From Squalus acanthias (Eukaryota), in contig CM059433.1 of NCBI GenBank assembly GCA_030390025.1, positions 17,424,001-17,488,000 of the forward strand: a DNA stretch of 64,000 nt, read 5' to 3'. Under the pieces are notes generated by a model. It searched no databases, had not been told where the DNA came from, and saw only the letters and a list, made by a program, of their open reading frames with translations. Both the position numbers and the translations under genes were made by a program. Each line of letters opens with the position of its first letter. The stretch's first letter is position 1. This document shows, in pieces, positions 1 through 13,621 of this stretch.

Positions 1-726
1 ATAGAGAGTCCTTTCAGTTCAGAAAATAAATCCCTAGCCTTGGCCTCCCTTAGAGAAATAGATGCAGCACATGGTTCTTGAAGTTGACTTTGTTTTTTTT
101 GGAGACATATACTGTAGTTGCATTTTATTAACCTGGTGGCATGCTTCATTTCCTACATTCTTTATAGTAATTGTTGCAGCTGGGCAGTGATTTGGTTACT
201 TAAGTTACTGACAGCAGTAAGTGAATATTCGGTGTTAAAGGTTCAGCAGCAAGCATTCCAAAATTGTTGTGACCTGACGATGCCAGTCTCAACATGGGAC
301 TGGTAATAGTTTACTGAGTTGAGAAAATGCAATTGTTTCGGTATGTTGAGGAACCAACTAGGGAACAGGCTATTTTAGATCTAGTATTGTGCAATGAGAA
401 AGGGTTAATTAATAATCTTGTAGTAAAGTGGCCTTTAGGGAAGAGTGACCATAATATGATGGAATTTTAGATTGAGTTTGAAAGTGATTTAGTTAAATCC
501 GAAACTAGGGTCTTAAATCGAAACAATGCAAACTACGTAGGTATGAGGGGCGAGGTGGTTAAGGTAGATTGGGAAACTACATTAAAAGGTATGATGATAG
601 ACAAGCAATGGCTAGCATTTAAAGAATTAATACATAATTTACAACAAATATACATTCCTTTTAAGGCACAAAAACCCCACAAGAAAAGTGGTCCAAATGT
701 GGCTAACAAGAGAAGTTAAAGATAGT

Positions 727-1400
727 GGCCCAGAAATTAAACAGTGAGTGTTCGCGCGGGGGTAAGGCTTCCCCGCGATATCTCACTCCGCGCCTACCTT
801 TTTCCTCCGGGCCCACACGAACTTTAGTTTCAAGGCCAGTCCCACATGCAGCTGTGCAGTGCTTGCGTGACCCAGAGACGCAATTAGTTCGTGCGAGCTC
901 TGGGATCACGTGATTCAGTTAGAGCCAATGGCAGCACACCATCTTTCATTCATAGTTTTGACAGGAAGACCTGTCAAAGCTATGAATACTATACCCCCCC
1001 AAAAGAACAGCTAAACCTCAATTAAATTTAAAAAAAAAGCCATCACATTAATAAAATAAGTATAGTTAAATAAATTAACTACTTTAAACAAAAAATTTAA
1101 TTTTTGAAAAAATTTAAAATCTTTTTAAAAGTTATAAAAATAAACTTACCTTTCTTTAAAGTCTCTAAAAAAGATAAACCAGTTGAAATTTTTTAAAATA
1201 ATACTTAATTAACTACTTACCTTGTTAAAAGAGGGTCTTACGCCTCCTTTCTTCATGTGTAAAATCTTCCATGCTTACCTGCGCGTTCAAAGCTGCAAAA
1301 ATAACTAAGTGCACTGCGTGCGCGCAGCCTGTCGTGCGCACGCGGTTCACTTAGGAACCGCCCCCTTTTGAATTCACGTATTAGGTCTAATTTTCGGGCC
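727..1400. mobile_element. Non-autonomous TIR element (Harbinger-type MITE) inserted in CR1
   Basis: Imperfect TIRs ggcccagaaattaaac / gtctaattttcgggcc, GC-rich arms and an AT-rich core. It splits the CR1 sequence aaagatag|..attagatc. TSD is not clean. Confidence 0.8.
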
Positions 1401-1958
1401 ATTATTAGATCAAAGGAAGAGGCTTATAATGTTGCCAAAAAGAGTAGTAAGCCTGAAGATTGGGCGGATTTTAGAATTCAGCAAAGGAGGGCCAAGAAAT
1501 TGATAAAGAAAGGGAAAATAGAATATGAGAGTAAACTAGTGAGAGACATAAAAACAGACTGTAACAACTTCTATAGTTATGTAAAAAGGAAAAGATTAGC
1601 AAAAGTAAATGTGGGTCTCTTACAGGCTGTGACAGGAGAAATTATAATGGGGAATAAGGAAATGGCAGAGAAATTAAACAAATACTTTGGCCGCGATTTT
1701 ATTAATGGAGGCGGGTTGAGGGCGGGCCCGCTGCTCAACAGCTTTCGGATCCACTCCCGGATGCCGCCGCCCAGCAGTTACGATTTTACCTTGATTGTCC
1801 TTGTTACGGCCAACGTGCGGGTCCCTCCAGGCAATTGCTTGGAGCATGTCAGATTCTCGCCTCTGATGACGCGTTGTTTGAGTAAAAATTTAAAGGGGCC
1901 ATGTCCCCTTTGCAAAAGCATTGGGTTTTTCCTCTTAAATGTGCTGGCTGCTACAGGA

Positions 1959-2198
1959 ATGGCAGCCCCAAAAACTAAGGCTGCACCTAAGTTCAATAAG
2001 GGCTCCCTCCATGCTCTTGTGGAGGGAGTTAGAGGACGTCAGGAGGTCCTCTTCCCTGGAAATGGAAGGAGGAGGCCTCCTCAGCAAACCAAGGCAGCTT
2101 GGCTTTAAATTGCTGAGGAGGTGAGTTCGAGGTCTGTGTGCAGACGCACATGGGTTCAGTGTCGAAAAAGGTTTAAGGATCTGCTGAGATCACCTAAA
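1959..2198 (+). pseudogene. Harbinger Myb/SANT-like DNA-binding protein, exon 1 only, with in-frame stop
   Basis: MAAPKTKAAPKFNKGSLHALVEGV...TKAAWL*IAEEVSSRSVCRRTWVQCRKRFKDLLRSPK; stop at 2106-2108. Homologous to the exon at 17593-17832. Confidence 0.9.
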
Positions 2199-2384
2199 GT
2201 GTGGCCTCTGTGTTCTGGGAAATGGAAGTTCAAGAGTGAGGGCTCAGGGCGAATTCCATGTAGAATGTTGGTGGTGACACTGAGTGCAAACCACCATTTA
2301 TTGGACAGATGATGCCTGGGGTTTTGAGAATGTCGGACTTATATTCATCTCCATATGCCAGCCACCTGTGGTTGAAGCGTAATC

Positions 2385-3608
2385 TTACGTGAATCTGGCA
2401 TGGATGAGTGCATCCCTTGCTTGACGGACAGCAATGTGGTTGCCTGCTGCTGGATTGGCCACATACGGCCCCGCAAGGCGTCACTCCCCGTCCTCCTCCT
2501 CATTCTCCTCCTCGTTCTCCTCCTCATCCTCATCCTCCGAGGAGGCTGTGTGGCGAGCCACTTGTTCTTCCGGCAACACTAAGCCGTACTGCTGTGCGAT
2601 GTTGTGCAGGGCACAGCAGACCACGACAATTCTGGACACCCTGGCTGGTGCATACTATAAGGCTCCTCCACATCTGTCTAGGCATCGGAAGTGCATTTTG
2701 AGCAAGCCAGTGGTTTGCTTGATGATGCTTCTTGTGGATATGTGACTCACATTGTAACGCTCCTCAGCATCGTTTGATGGCCTCCTCATCGGTGTCATAA
2801 GCCACTTTTTCAGGGGATACCCCTTGTCGCCAAGAAGCCATCCGGAAAGTTGGTTTGGCGGATGGAAGAGCTGAGGCACAGTAGACTGGCGCAAAATGAA
2901 GGAGTCATGGCAACTGCCAGGGTACTTTGCGCAAACATGCATGATGATCTTCCTGTGGTTACACACCAGCTGGATGTTCAGGGAGTGGAATCCCTTGCGG
3001 TTGACAAATACAGCTGGGTTGTGATAGGGGGCCCTAATAGCTACATGTGTGCAGTCTATGACGCCCTGCACCATTGGCAAGCCTGCCATATTGGCAAAGC
3101 CAACCGCACGCGCCATCACACTTGGGCCATCCATGGAGAAGTGGATGTAATTGTGCACCTTTGCAAAGAGGGCATCAGTGACCTGCGTAATGCAGGTGTG
3201 TGCGGCTGACTGGGAGATGCCGCTGATGTCTGCAGCTGATCCTTGGAAGGATGCCAAAGCAAAGAAGTTTATTGCAGTGGTGACTTTGACAGCCACTGGT
3301 AAGGAGTGTCCACACGCTCCTCTGGGCTCCAGGTGTTGGTGCAGCATTGCTCAGATGTCAGCAACTATGTCTCTCGAAAGTCTCAGCCTCCTTTGGCACG
3401 GCTGTTCAGTCATGCTGAGTTGGGGGTATCTCCTGCGGCGAGGTGCAGCCCTGCGCTGAGGCCTTCTGCCCTGTGCATCATCAGGTGGGTGAGAAGGAGG
3501 TTGGCGCTCCTGGTGCTGGTGCTGCTGTTGTGGCTGGTTGTGGTGCTGCCGCGGCTGCTCTTCCTCCGAATCTGACGACCAGGTTGAGAGGATATAAATG
3601 TTTCCCAT
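2385..3608 (-). pseudogene. Harbinger (HARBI1-like, DDE_Tnp_4) transposase with three in-frame stops
   Basis: One frame from ATG 3608 to TAA 2385. Motifs [37 protein letters not shown] and C-terminal RDALIHARF. Stops at 3351, 2655 and 2481. Confidence 0.93.
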
Positions 3609-6600
3609 CCCCTTGCTATAGATTTCATTTGAGGCAAGAAGCTTGCAAGCGTACAGTCGAAGTGGCCTGAAATTATTCCAATCAGGTCACACTGCAGCTG
3701 GCTGTCAGCTTGAACAGTCACAAGGTCAGTAGATTTGCAAAACCTTAACCCAAACCTCCAACAACAAAGTTGTTGCATTTGAATGTCAGCCATGTTACAG
3801 GAGCGCTTTTAAAGTGCTGCACCAATGACTCCAAATCATGTCCTCCAGCAACTCATCTCCTTGCAGCTGACCTGTTTCTGACAAGACGGGAAACAGGAGC
3901 CAGAAGCATGAAAATGGGAAACCACTATAAAAATAGGATTCACAAGGCAGGTAACAGTCTTAATTACCTGTCCCACCGGTTCCCGTCGGGTCAGTTTGGG
4001 AGCGGCTGACCCAACACTCACGAAAATCGCGTGGGGGCGGGATGGAGGCAGGTTGGCAGTCTGAAGCCATTTTTTCTGATTTTCGCTGCCCACCCACCTC
4101 CAAACCCGCCTCCTCAGGGCTATTAAAATCGAGCCCTTTGTGTCTGTCTTCACGGAAGAAGATGCAAAAAACTTCCCGGAAATAGTGGAGAACTAAGGGT
4201 CTTGCGAGAATGAGGAACTGAAAGAAATTAGTATTAGTAAAAAAAATAGTACTGGAGAAATTAATGGGACTGAAAGCCAATAAATCCCCTGGACCTGATG
4301 GCCTACATCCTTGGGTTTTGAAAGAGGTGGCTATAGAGATAGTGGATGCATTGGTTGTCATTTTCCAAAATTCCATAGATTCTGGAACGGTTCCCGCGGA
4401 TTGGAAGGTCGCAAATGTAACCCCACTATTTAAGAAAGGAAGGAGAGAGAAAACGGAGAACTACAGACCAGTTAGCCTGACATCAGTAGTAGGGAAAATG
4501 CTAGAATCTATTACTAAGGACGTGGTAACAGGGCACTTAGAAAATAATAATAGGATTGGGCAGAGTCAACACTGATTTATGAAAGGGAAATCATGTTTGA
4601 CAAATCTGTTAGAGTTTTTTGAGGTTGTAACTAGCAGAATAGATAAGGGGGAACCAGTGGATGTGGTGTATTTGGATTTTCAGAAGGCATTCGATAGGGT
4701 GCCACACAAGAGGATATTAAACAAAATTAAGGCTCATGGGATTGGGGGTAATATACTAGCATGGATTGAGGATTGGTTAACAGACAGAAAACAGAGAGTA
4801 GGAATAAACGGGTCATTTTCGGGTTGGCAGGCTGTAACTAGTGGGGTACCACAAGGATCAGTGCTTGGGCCTCAGCTATTCACAACCTACATCAATGATT
4901 TGAATGAGGGGACCAAATGTAATCTATTCAAGTTTGCTGATGATACAAAGCTGGGTGGGAATGTAAGCTGTGAGGAGGATGCAAGGAGGCTTCAAGGGGA
5001 TATCGACAGGCTAAGTGAGTGGGCAAGAACATGGCAAATGGAATATAATGTGGAGAAATGTGAAGTTATCCACTTTGGTAGGAAAAATAGAAAAGCAGAG
5101 TATTTTTTAAATGGTGAGAGATTGGGAAATGTTGGTGCTCAGAGGGACCTGAGTGTCCTTGTACATGAATCACTGGAAGTTAACATGCAGGTACAGCAAG
5201 CAATTAGGAAAGCAAATGCTGGTTTGGCCTTTATTACAAGAGGATTTGAGTATAAGAGTAAAGACGTCTTACTGCAATTATATAGGGCCTTGGTGAGATC
5301 ACACCTGGAGTATTGTGTACAGTTTTGGTCTCCTTACCCAAGGAAGGATATACTTGCCATAGAGGGAGTGCAACGAAGGTTCACCAGACTGGTTCCTGGA
5401 TGGGGGGATTGTCCTATGAGGAGAGATTGAGTAGACTAGGCCTATATTCTCTAGAGTTTAGAAGAATGAGAGATGATCTCATTGAAACATACAAAATTCT
5501 TACAGGGCTTGACAGGGTAGATGCAGGGAGGATGTTTCCCCTGGCTGGGGAGTCTAGAACCAGAGGTCACAGTCTCAGTCTCAGAATAAGGGATCAGCCA
5601 TTTAGGACCGAAATGAGGAGAAATTTCTTCACTCAGAGGGTGGTGAATTTTTGGAATTCTCTACCTCAGAGGGCTGTGGAGGCTCAGCCGTTGAGTATAT
5701 TCAAGACAGAGATCGATAGATTTTTGAATATTAAGGGAATCAAGGATATGGGGATACTGCAGGAAAGTGGAAATGAGGTAGAAGATCAGCCATGATCTTA
5801 TTGAATGGCGGAGCAGGCTCGAAGGGCCAAATGGCCTACTCCTGCTCCTATTTCTTATGTTCTTATTTCTTATGTTATGTTCACCTGCTCATTTGTGTGA
5901 TAGACTTTGTTGAGGATAGACTTGTCACATCAATGACTAATGTAGCTACGTAATGTTAGAGGTGCCCTAGGTGTTAATGTTATTTGAGCTATAAGAAATA
6001 ATCATCAGCCGAACCTACGTATATAAATTTGCATAATAACATTGTTAATAACTATATTATTGTACCTATATAGCATATGAAACACACCTTCCAAGTTCCA
6101 TGAAGATAGGACTATGTGCTTTATGAGTTTGATTTGGATTTTGACCTATTTTTGCTTGCAAATTAGATATGTTTAGTGTATTTCTTTTCATTTTAATTCC
6201 CCTCGCATTATGGTTATACCATTAAAATTTCATTAAAATAAATCCCTTTTGAGGAGCAGAGAACTGTATTGAGGCAAATTGCATCTAATTAGCATACTTC
6301 ATTGGTATGTTTTCCCTTTCATCGCAATAGATATGTACTTCAGGTTCTTTTCTAAGGTATGGTTGTTGTTTTAACTTGTGTAAATTGATGATCTCCCCAC
6401 TCTGTGTAGCATTTTTCACTGAGACCTTTGCCAATGATGCTGTATGACTGCTCACAAGAAGAACAATGAGAGTAGCCTGGGATGACCCTCCTTCCAGTGT
6501 TCATTACCTTCCTGTGGGGAACTTCTGTTCTCTGCTTGGTGATGCCCCACTGACGATGCAACTGAGAACAATGCATCACCATAAAGGGAGTGCTGGGATT

Positions 6601-8209
6601 AGCCTAAGTCCTACCATTTTGTGGCACAGAGCGCGGGGATCCAACAAGATGCACCACCATGTCATCCCCAGTTTGTAAAGGGAGACATGAGGCAGGATTT
6701 TGTTTCCCTATTTAAACTGGCCCCAGCGTCGATGCTAATGGCATTCATGAGCAGCTTGGTTAAAATATATATTTTGTTGGACGGTGCAAAGGAAATTTTG
6801 GTGGAGCAGGGTGAATATTTAAATTCGAAAATGGCAATTTGCTTTCTTACTCTCTGAAGTGACAAACGGCTGAAAATGTCAGCAGGAATTTAAAGGAAAG
6901 TCCAGCTGACCACTAGTTATGTGTTCCGAGTGTTTAGTTTCTTTAATGGCCTTTCTTCATTTTCTGAACAGTTTACAGGGTCCTCTTTAGAAGTGTGCTA
7001 TGGGAGTGGAGTTTAATATAAAGCACGATGCTTGATCATTATTGACCAATATAGGGCATACAAGTAAAATTCCAAGTTACAAATTAATTACAAAAAAAGT
7101 GATTATTTTTTCATTGAGCTAGTAACTTTATTTTTTTTGACAATGTTGTGGAGGCAAATCAGGCTTTATCAACATTTCCCTGGTTCCAATCAAGCAGAAT
7201 CAATGCTTTGTTAGAGGGGTTCTTTCTTGCACAGAGTTCAGTGAGAGTTGTAACTGAATGAAGTTTAAAACATAATCACAGACATTGGGTAAATATCAAA
7301 AGGCCCCTGATGAAGCACTAAGAAAACTCTGCTCTGCGATGTGCCAGGACTTAAAGATTCATATACTAATTAGTCTAGTTTTCCAGTTAAGGGATAAGTG
7401 TGCCCAGTTGTATGAAGTGCACAGTAAGGTCATTGATTTTATTGGATTAGTCAATGGCCCTGTCATCCTTGATCATCTTCAAATAAAGCAGCAATTTGCT
7501 CTATATTGTAGCAATTTATGTATCCCTGGATCTGTCTCCAAACACCAACTTACTGTACCGTAACCAGATGAATCGCGAAGAAAGACTGGTGGGTTTAATG
7601 TCTCAATTAGCCACTGAAGTAGTTAAAACGTACAATTTGGAAATGCGTTGAACTTGATCTGCTGCGACTTTAAATTCTTAATTTAAAAAACTGATCAGAG
7701 AAACGAAAGGCTTACTTGGGTATTACCATGTCAAGAAATAATACTGTAACGTGAGCCAGCCAGGCTGCAGGTGAATAGAGGGATATGCCAACTCTAACTG
7801 TAGCATTCAGTCTTGCCCAGATGAATTAGGTAGAGGATGACAACTGAATGATATATGTTGATAAATTCCTGTTCTATGTCACCAAATCCTCTGTTCTCTC
7901 TTTTAATATTTTTTGAACCCATCAAAGAATTCATAGAACCATCTTGTCACAGTATTAAAACAGAAGATATGTCACTTCTCAATGCTGCATCATTCAATAT
8001 TAAGGCAGTTATTCCCTTTTTGATGTTTGCAGTCTTGTACTAGTATTTATTTTTCCTCCTTTTCCTTTTCTTGCCTGCCCTGCCACATCACACACAATCC
8101 ACAGCCAGAGAGGCCTCTCCCTCTGATTAGCACTTGGTCCCTGCTCATCACCACCCCAAAGCAACTTGGCCGAGATTGGGGACTCCCTGTTGCACTCCCC
8201 TGTAGGGCA

Positions 8210-8480
8210 TGAAATGTTGTTGCTTTCTATTAATCCTTGAATTTGAGACAGTTCTAAATATTGCTTTCAACTTTTGTTCAAGTCAGGTCTTAATGATAGT
8301 GGAGTTGCGCATCTTTTCCATCTCAACGTTCCCTTGAAAGGTTAGGTTTTCAGGAATGCATTTTTGGGGGGAAAAGGCCTCGGTTCGCCTGTTTTATTTC
8401 TGTATCCTCCACCAGGCTGATTATACAAATATTCTTTCTCCTTGATCTGCTGCTCTGATCATTGAGCTTATCATGCAATC
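8210..8480 (-). mobile_element. Ancient L1/Tx1 ORF1 remnant
   Basis: Manual minus-strand translation LHDKLNDQSSRSRRKNICIISLVEDTE resembles the L1 ORF1 motif KLDDLENRSRRNNIRIIGLPE. Confidence 0.45.
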
Positions 8481-8614
8481 CTTGCCTACTGCCTGGAAAT
8501 CAATCAATGATTCTCTTCTTCCCTTGCTCTCTCTGGATACTGCCTAACTGTTTGAGGAGCAGCATACAGAATTCATCTGATGCTAGCTGCTATTCTTCTT
8601 CTCACAGAACTGTT

Positions 8615-9484
8615 GGCCGCGATTTTATTAATGGAGGCGGGTTGAGTGCGGGTCAGCTGGTTTCTGGCTTCCAGTCCCACCCCCAGCTGCATCCGCTTCA
8701 CAGACATGATTTTGCCTTGATTGACCTTGTTAAGCCCGCCTTGCAGGCTTGCCAGCCAATTACCAGGAAGCGGGCCCAAAGACGTCATTTGATGACGCGT
8801 CATCTGCTGGTTTCCTTAAAGGGACCACGCACAATTTTATTTTGACAGTTGATTTCTCAGTGTTTGACAGCATTGAGGTGCTGAAAACACTGACAATCAC
8901 TGCACAAAGGTGACCTCTTGAACCCAGGCTCTCCAATGACTCCCTCCATAGGCTGGAATAGATGGCAGCTGCAGGTGAGGTGATAGAAGCAATCTGTCAC
9001 TGGTGAGAGAGGTTCTCCCAATGAGGTGACACTGGACATGGATTTAAAAACTTGTAAGCTGAAGAAATCTGTAAATGTATTAAAAATCTAACATTTTCTT
9101 TGCTCTGAAGCTCACCATGTGCAACATTGGATCCTTCACACCACTTCTGCAGCTGTCATCATTCCACAAACATTACAGCAGACTCACAACACGCCACACT
9201 TACCTGGCGTAGTGTCCGGACGTCGGGAAACCCGATCCAGAAGCGGGAAAATCCAAAAACAGGCAGAAAACTACTGGCAAATACCTGTTAATAGGCAGGT
9301 AATTGCCTTTAATCCGCTTCCCGCCGCTAGGTGTCGGGTCCATGCGCAAATCGGGGACCCGACACTTGGGAACGCTGTTTGGAGGCGGGTTGACGGCGGG
9401 ATCGCAACCCGCAGTCAATTAAAATGAATTTAACCTCTGACCCGCCTCCAAACCCGCCCTCTGAGTGCCGGCAAAATCGCGGCT
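8615..9484. mobile_element. Non-autonomous Harbinger element (MITE)
   Basis: TIR ggccgcgatttt / aaaatcgcggct and TSD GTT (8612-8614, 9485-9487). The first ~32 nt are identical to the left end of the 1689 Harbinger. Confidence 0.92.
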
Positions 9485-10537
9485 GTTATCTCTGAACAAT
9501 CCCTTGGAACTACCGCATTAACGCTGGATACGACCACCTGAGCTTCAAGAGTGGTTTGTCTTGAAAAATAACTTCCCGTTTGGTACCACCTTTATGGTGG
9601 CAATGATCTTTCTACTGCAAATAAGATCTGAAAAGACATAGTTCAAAACTTAACACACAAATCTCAAAATCCTCATGTAGTTTCAAGAAGTTAAAATGAA
9701 ACACTTTGCTTGCCTAGCAGAAAGCAACTCCTCCCAAATATTATTAATAATTATTATTATTGTTTTTGTTGGGTTGTCCAATTGAAAACTCATTTTATTT
9801 AGGCCAAAATTCCTTCTGTTTATTGATGGCTTGGTACTGAAGTAAACGCTTGCTCACTTTACTCCCCAATTTTCTACTTATATATGGATCTGAGTAAGCT
9901 TTCATTTGAGGCAAAGCTCACCTGATTATCACTCTTGCTCGCAACCAGTGCCCATCTAGAAAGAAGTGTATGAACACATCATTATCTTTGGAAGGACTTT
10001 AGCCCTCCCTTCCATCCAGACTTCCCAAACATTGTAAGGTTCTGGACATGGAAATTGGTTAATAAAGCAATCCATTTAATTGCTGGCGTATCACACTACA
10101 TAAAGTCCAAACTTTCTAGTAGCTAAGGGAGTGTTTCATTTTGATGACTCTTCTTTTTTACCCGAAGGACACGTATTTTAAGTTTGGAAAAAAATTGACA
10201 GCAAGTCCTATCACAATCCCCCCTTCCCCCACCATGGAATTTGTTCTCTATAATCAGAAGCTTATTTCTTTGTTGCATAACGTGTTTGTTCAAATGCGTG
10301 CTGAAATCCAGAATCTCTCAAGTCAGCGGAGGATTGAGATGTTCACAGAATCTTTGAGAAAGAGTGGGAGTTACTTTGGAAGTCCACCCACACAGTCTCT
10401 CCCTGTAACAGGATGAAAAAGGGCAATTTAAAATGTTATAAAAAGTATCTCTGGCTATATCAGCTACTACATGGTGTTCACCCTGTTGCTCCATCGATTT
10501 TTGGGGTCGATGGGGTTATTCGAGGCTCTCTGCTGCA

Positions 10538-10640
10538 TAATAAAACCAGAAAATGCTGGGAATGCTCAGCAGGTCAGGCAGCACCTGAGGAGGGAGAAAC
10601 AGAGAGTTAACGTTTCAGGTCGATGACCTTTCGTCTCAAC
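10538..10640 (-). mobile_element. Penelope-like pLTR fragment (family B) with degenerate hammerhead
   Basis: Same sequence as the 30139 and 44119 copies. The core reads GAGACGA instead of CTGACGA. Confidence 0.7.
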
Positions 10641-10658
10641 TGCTGCTGCATATATTGA

Positions 10659-11237
10659 CGAAGGACTTCACCTGACGAAGGAGCAGCGCTCCGAAAGCTT
10701 GTAGAAACATAGAAACTAGGAGCAGGAGTAGGCCATTCGGCCCGTCGAGCCTGCTCTACCATTCAATACGATCATGGCTGATCATCCAAATCCAGTACCC
10801 TGTCCCTGCTTACTCACACAGAATCCCCATCGAGCCTGCACCAACACATATCCCACCCTATCCCCGTAACCCCACGTATTTAATTCCCCCTAACATATCC
10901 CATCCTATCCCCGTAACCCCACATATTTAATCCCCCCCTAACACTAAGGGTCAATTTATCATAGTCAAATCAACCTAACCCGCACATTTTTGGACTGTGG
11001 GAGGAAACCGGAGCACCCGGAGGAAACCCACGCAGACACGGGGAGAATGTGCAAACTCCACACAGACAGTCACCCGGGGCCGGATTCGAACCCGGGTCCC
11101 TGGCGCTGTGAGGCACCAGTGCTAACCACTATGCCACCGTGTTGTGATTTCAAATAAAACTGTTGGACTATAACCTGGTGTTGTGCGACTTCTCACATTT
11201 GTCCACCCCAGTCCAACACCGGCATCTCCGCATCATG
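10659..11237 (+). mobile_element. Short Penelope-like pLTR element (family A), interrupted by a SINE
   Basis: Flanked by direct repeat gcatatattga (10648-10658, 11238-11248). Near-identical to 26126-26255 and 29247-29372. Hammerhead core at 10668-10702. Confidence 0.8.
10703..11141 (-). mobile_element. tRNA-derived V-SINE (HE1-like) with CR1 3' tail
   Basis: A box tggcatagtgg, B box ggttcgaatcc, V-domain-like tgtgtggagtttgcacattctccccgtg, CR1 tail, and TSD ttgt (10699-10702, 11142-11145). Confidence 0.88.
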
Positions 11238-13621
11238 GCATATATTGAGGCCAACAAGAGTGCAGGCGCTCTAGCTAGCGAACTTAAATAAGATTGAAGA
11301 AGTCACTTAAATCACAATCACTCACAATCCAGCAGCACTGTTTGAGCTTGCCTAACGATGTACCTCTGGAAGCAAGGTAAGGGAAAGCTCCTTCAATATC
11401 TGCATTTTGCTGCAAATAAATGCATTTTCTTATTCTGGAATATCAATCCATCCACCCTTGAGAGGAAGCTCCTCTACAATGCAGGCTTCCCAGTCCACTG
11501 TATCGAATGACATTATTTGCTTGAGGTTTATAGGTGTGCTATCATTTAATGAAAAGTTTAAGGACAAGGCTATAAAACACAACTGAAGCACAAGTTGGTG
11601 ACATATGATATTTTCCGAACCAAAATAAACAGCGGCAGAAAAAGTGGCATCTCGTATCGGTGAATGAAACTAACGTTACAAACTTCACTACTCCCAGTGC
11701 AGCAGCAGTTGGATTATAATGCTGCCGAGAGGATTTTGTTCGTTAATAAACTACTGAAGTTAAATAAAGTTAAACCCTTGGGTAGTGCCCGGTTGCATCC
11801 ATTTATTCTGGGTACCTTGGATTTCAAGGTTGAGCCCCCCAGATAGTCCAGTTTGTAAAGGCATTGATCAGCGTGCAACTGAGCCTCACAGACGAGAAGG
11901 TCCTGTTGGATCCGTAGTCCATTAACTGATATTATCCATGGCAGCAGTTGGGAAAACCAGTCTGGGTTTCTGCCCCTAATTGGTATCCAGTGACGACTCC
12001 TGTAAAGTGTGTGTGCGTGCGTCTGTGTACGAATGGCAGGTGAGAACATGCTGACGCTCTCTCACTGGTGAAGAATGCGTACTTGGACAAGGTCTTATAT
12101 CGGAAGCTAATGCCCATGAAACTGCACGTCGGCACGAGGCCGTGCTTTCAGGAGAGAAGAGAAGAAAACTAGTTTAGGGGATGATGAGGGTGGGGGGGAG
12201 GGGAACCCCAAAAAGAATATATAATTTGGGGTTGTTAGATTAGTACAGGCCCAATTACTGAAGTTTAGCTGCACAACAAAAACTAGTGTAATCCCCTTCA
12301 TTTTATCTGAGTCAAAGCTGTCATTTTCTTTGTCAGCGCAATCACCTTGAGTCAAGTTAATAAAAGATGTGTCACATTCAGCAGGTGAAATGGCAGATGC
12401 TTTGATAGTTCTGACACATGATAGCTCTGATAGCTTAGAAAGGTCAGCAGGAGAGATGCTGTCTTTCACTGTCATTTTCATTCATCTGCTATACTCTATA
12501 AACCTGTGATATGTTGCAGGGTAAAGCCATGCACCAGGACAGATTATTTCAAACCTTCAAGGACATTGGGAGCAGCTTAGTACCAAAAGCAAATGCAGAT
12601 CACAGTTCTAAATGACATACAGATGTCATTGTTAATAAAGATCATGTTCCCTTTGTGCTGACCAATTATTCTTTGTGAGGGGGTTAATAGGGTTCATGAC
12701 GAAAAGATTATACATTTGATTTGTGATTGAATAGCTATATGTATAAAGTTTAAAAGGCTTGTGTTTCAAGAAGGTAGGGATGTGTGATGCTATGCCCCTA
12801 TGTCCATTCAGATCGCAGAACCAATGATAACTGTCCCTTCAGCCAATTAGTACCCAGAATCATCTCTGTAGTGTCACTTCTGATTGAATCAGTCACGAAA
12901 TACAACCAATGACATTCCACCAAAAAAAATTCTGTTGAACACCACCGGCATAACAGTTCCTCACCGAGCTGGATTATAATATATAAATGCACATAGATTT
13001 CAACAGGGAAAAAATCGCATCTTCCAAATCCTCAGCAATTTCCCCCACTCGACTTGACACACTCTGCCCGCTCTCCTGCTTATCCCAAACCTTGGGTATC
13101 CTTTCACCCAATATTTCATGGACAACATGAGCAATACGTGCAAGAAAGCACAAGCGCTTAATGTCCTCACTATTTTCTTTCTTGGCTGGCTGCCTTTTAT
13201 GTCCGAACAAGAAAAATAACATGCTCCCAGGTTCCCCTCGTGGCTCCATTCTTACCAGCATGGGGCTGCCTATCTCCCCTTGGGACTTTTAGGTCACCAG
13301 CCTCGACCTTTTCTAGGCTTTTCTTGCTTCGCGCCCATTCTGAGTGTGGACAGCTTCTCTGCTCTTTCATGGCATCAGCACCAGGCCTCCCCACTCTCCT
13401 GTGCTAACCATTGCTCCCTGGATCTGGGCCCACTTTGATTTGGGCATGGGTCCAACTTCAGCTCCACTCCTCAGGCATAGGAATAGCCTTTGCTCTGCTC
13501 ACCAGACTCAGGCCTAGTCTTTAATCTGCTCTGCAGTCCTGGGCTCACCTGTGTTATAGGCTTTACTTATTATCTCCTAGATGGTTTAGGTGTGTAACTT
13601 TGGAATCATAATAAATTATAA

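Larger units (their letters stand above)
1689..4136. mobile_element. PIF/Harbinger DNA transposon (decayed; full-length transposase, truncated Myb gene)
   Basis: TIRs ggccgcgatttta / taaaatcgagccc and TSD TTT (1686-1688, 4137-4139). Removal restores the CR1 sequence tac-ttt-gtg-tct. It carries convergent Myb/SANT and DDE genes. Confidence 0.95.
340..5880 (+). mobile_element. 5'-truncated, decayed CR1 LINE (ORF2 endonuclease end + RT + 3'UTR) interrupted by two DNA transposons
   Basis: Segments 340-725, 1402-1688 and 4137-5880 are collinear with ORF2 at 45308/60799 ([24 protein letters not shown]). Stops and frameshifts are present. The CR1 3' UTR ends in a ttcttatg-type tail near 5880. Confidence 0.95.

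Noticed and set aside
1368..2108. 246-aa ORF as a novel CR1-Myb fusion protein
   Set aside because: Chance read-through across insertion junctions, with a TTG start and a stop in the middle of the Myb domain.
2385..3608. Host HARBI1 gene
   Set aside because: It lies within TIRs and a TSD, nested in CR1, with three stops, so it is a transposon copy and not the domesticated gene.
11070..11141. tRNA gene
   Set aside because: It is the tRNA-derived head of a SINE and is continuous with the V-domain and CR1 tail.
11664..13560. Short ORFs (12107-12481, 12974-13261 and neighbours) as host exons
   Set aside because: No recognisable domains or consistent splice structure. They cannot be supported without homology or RNA-seq data.
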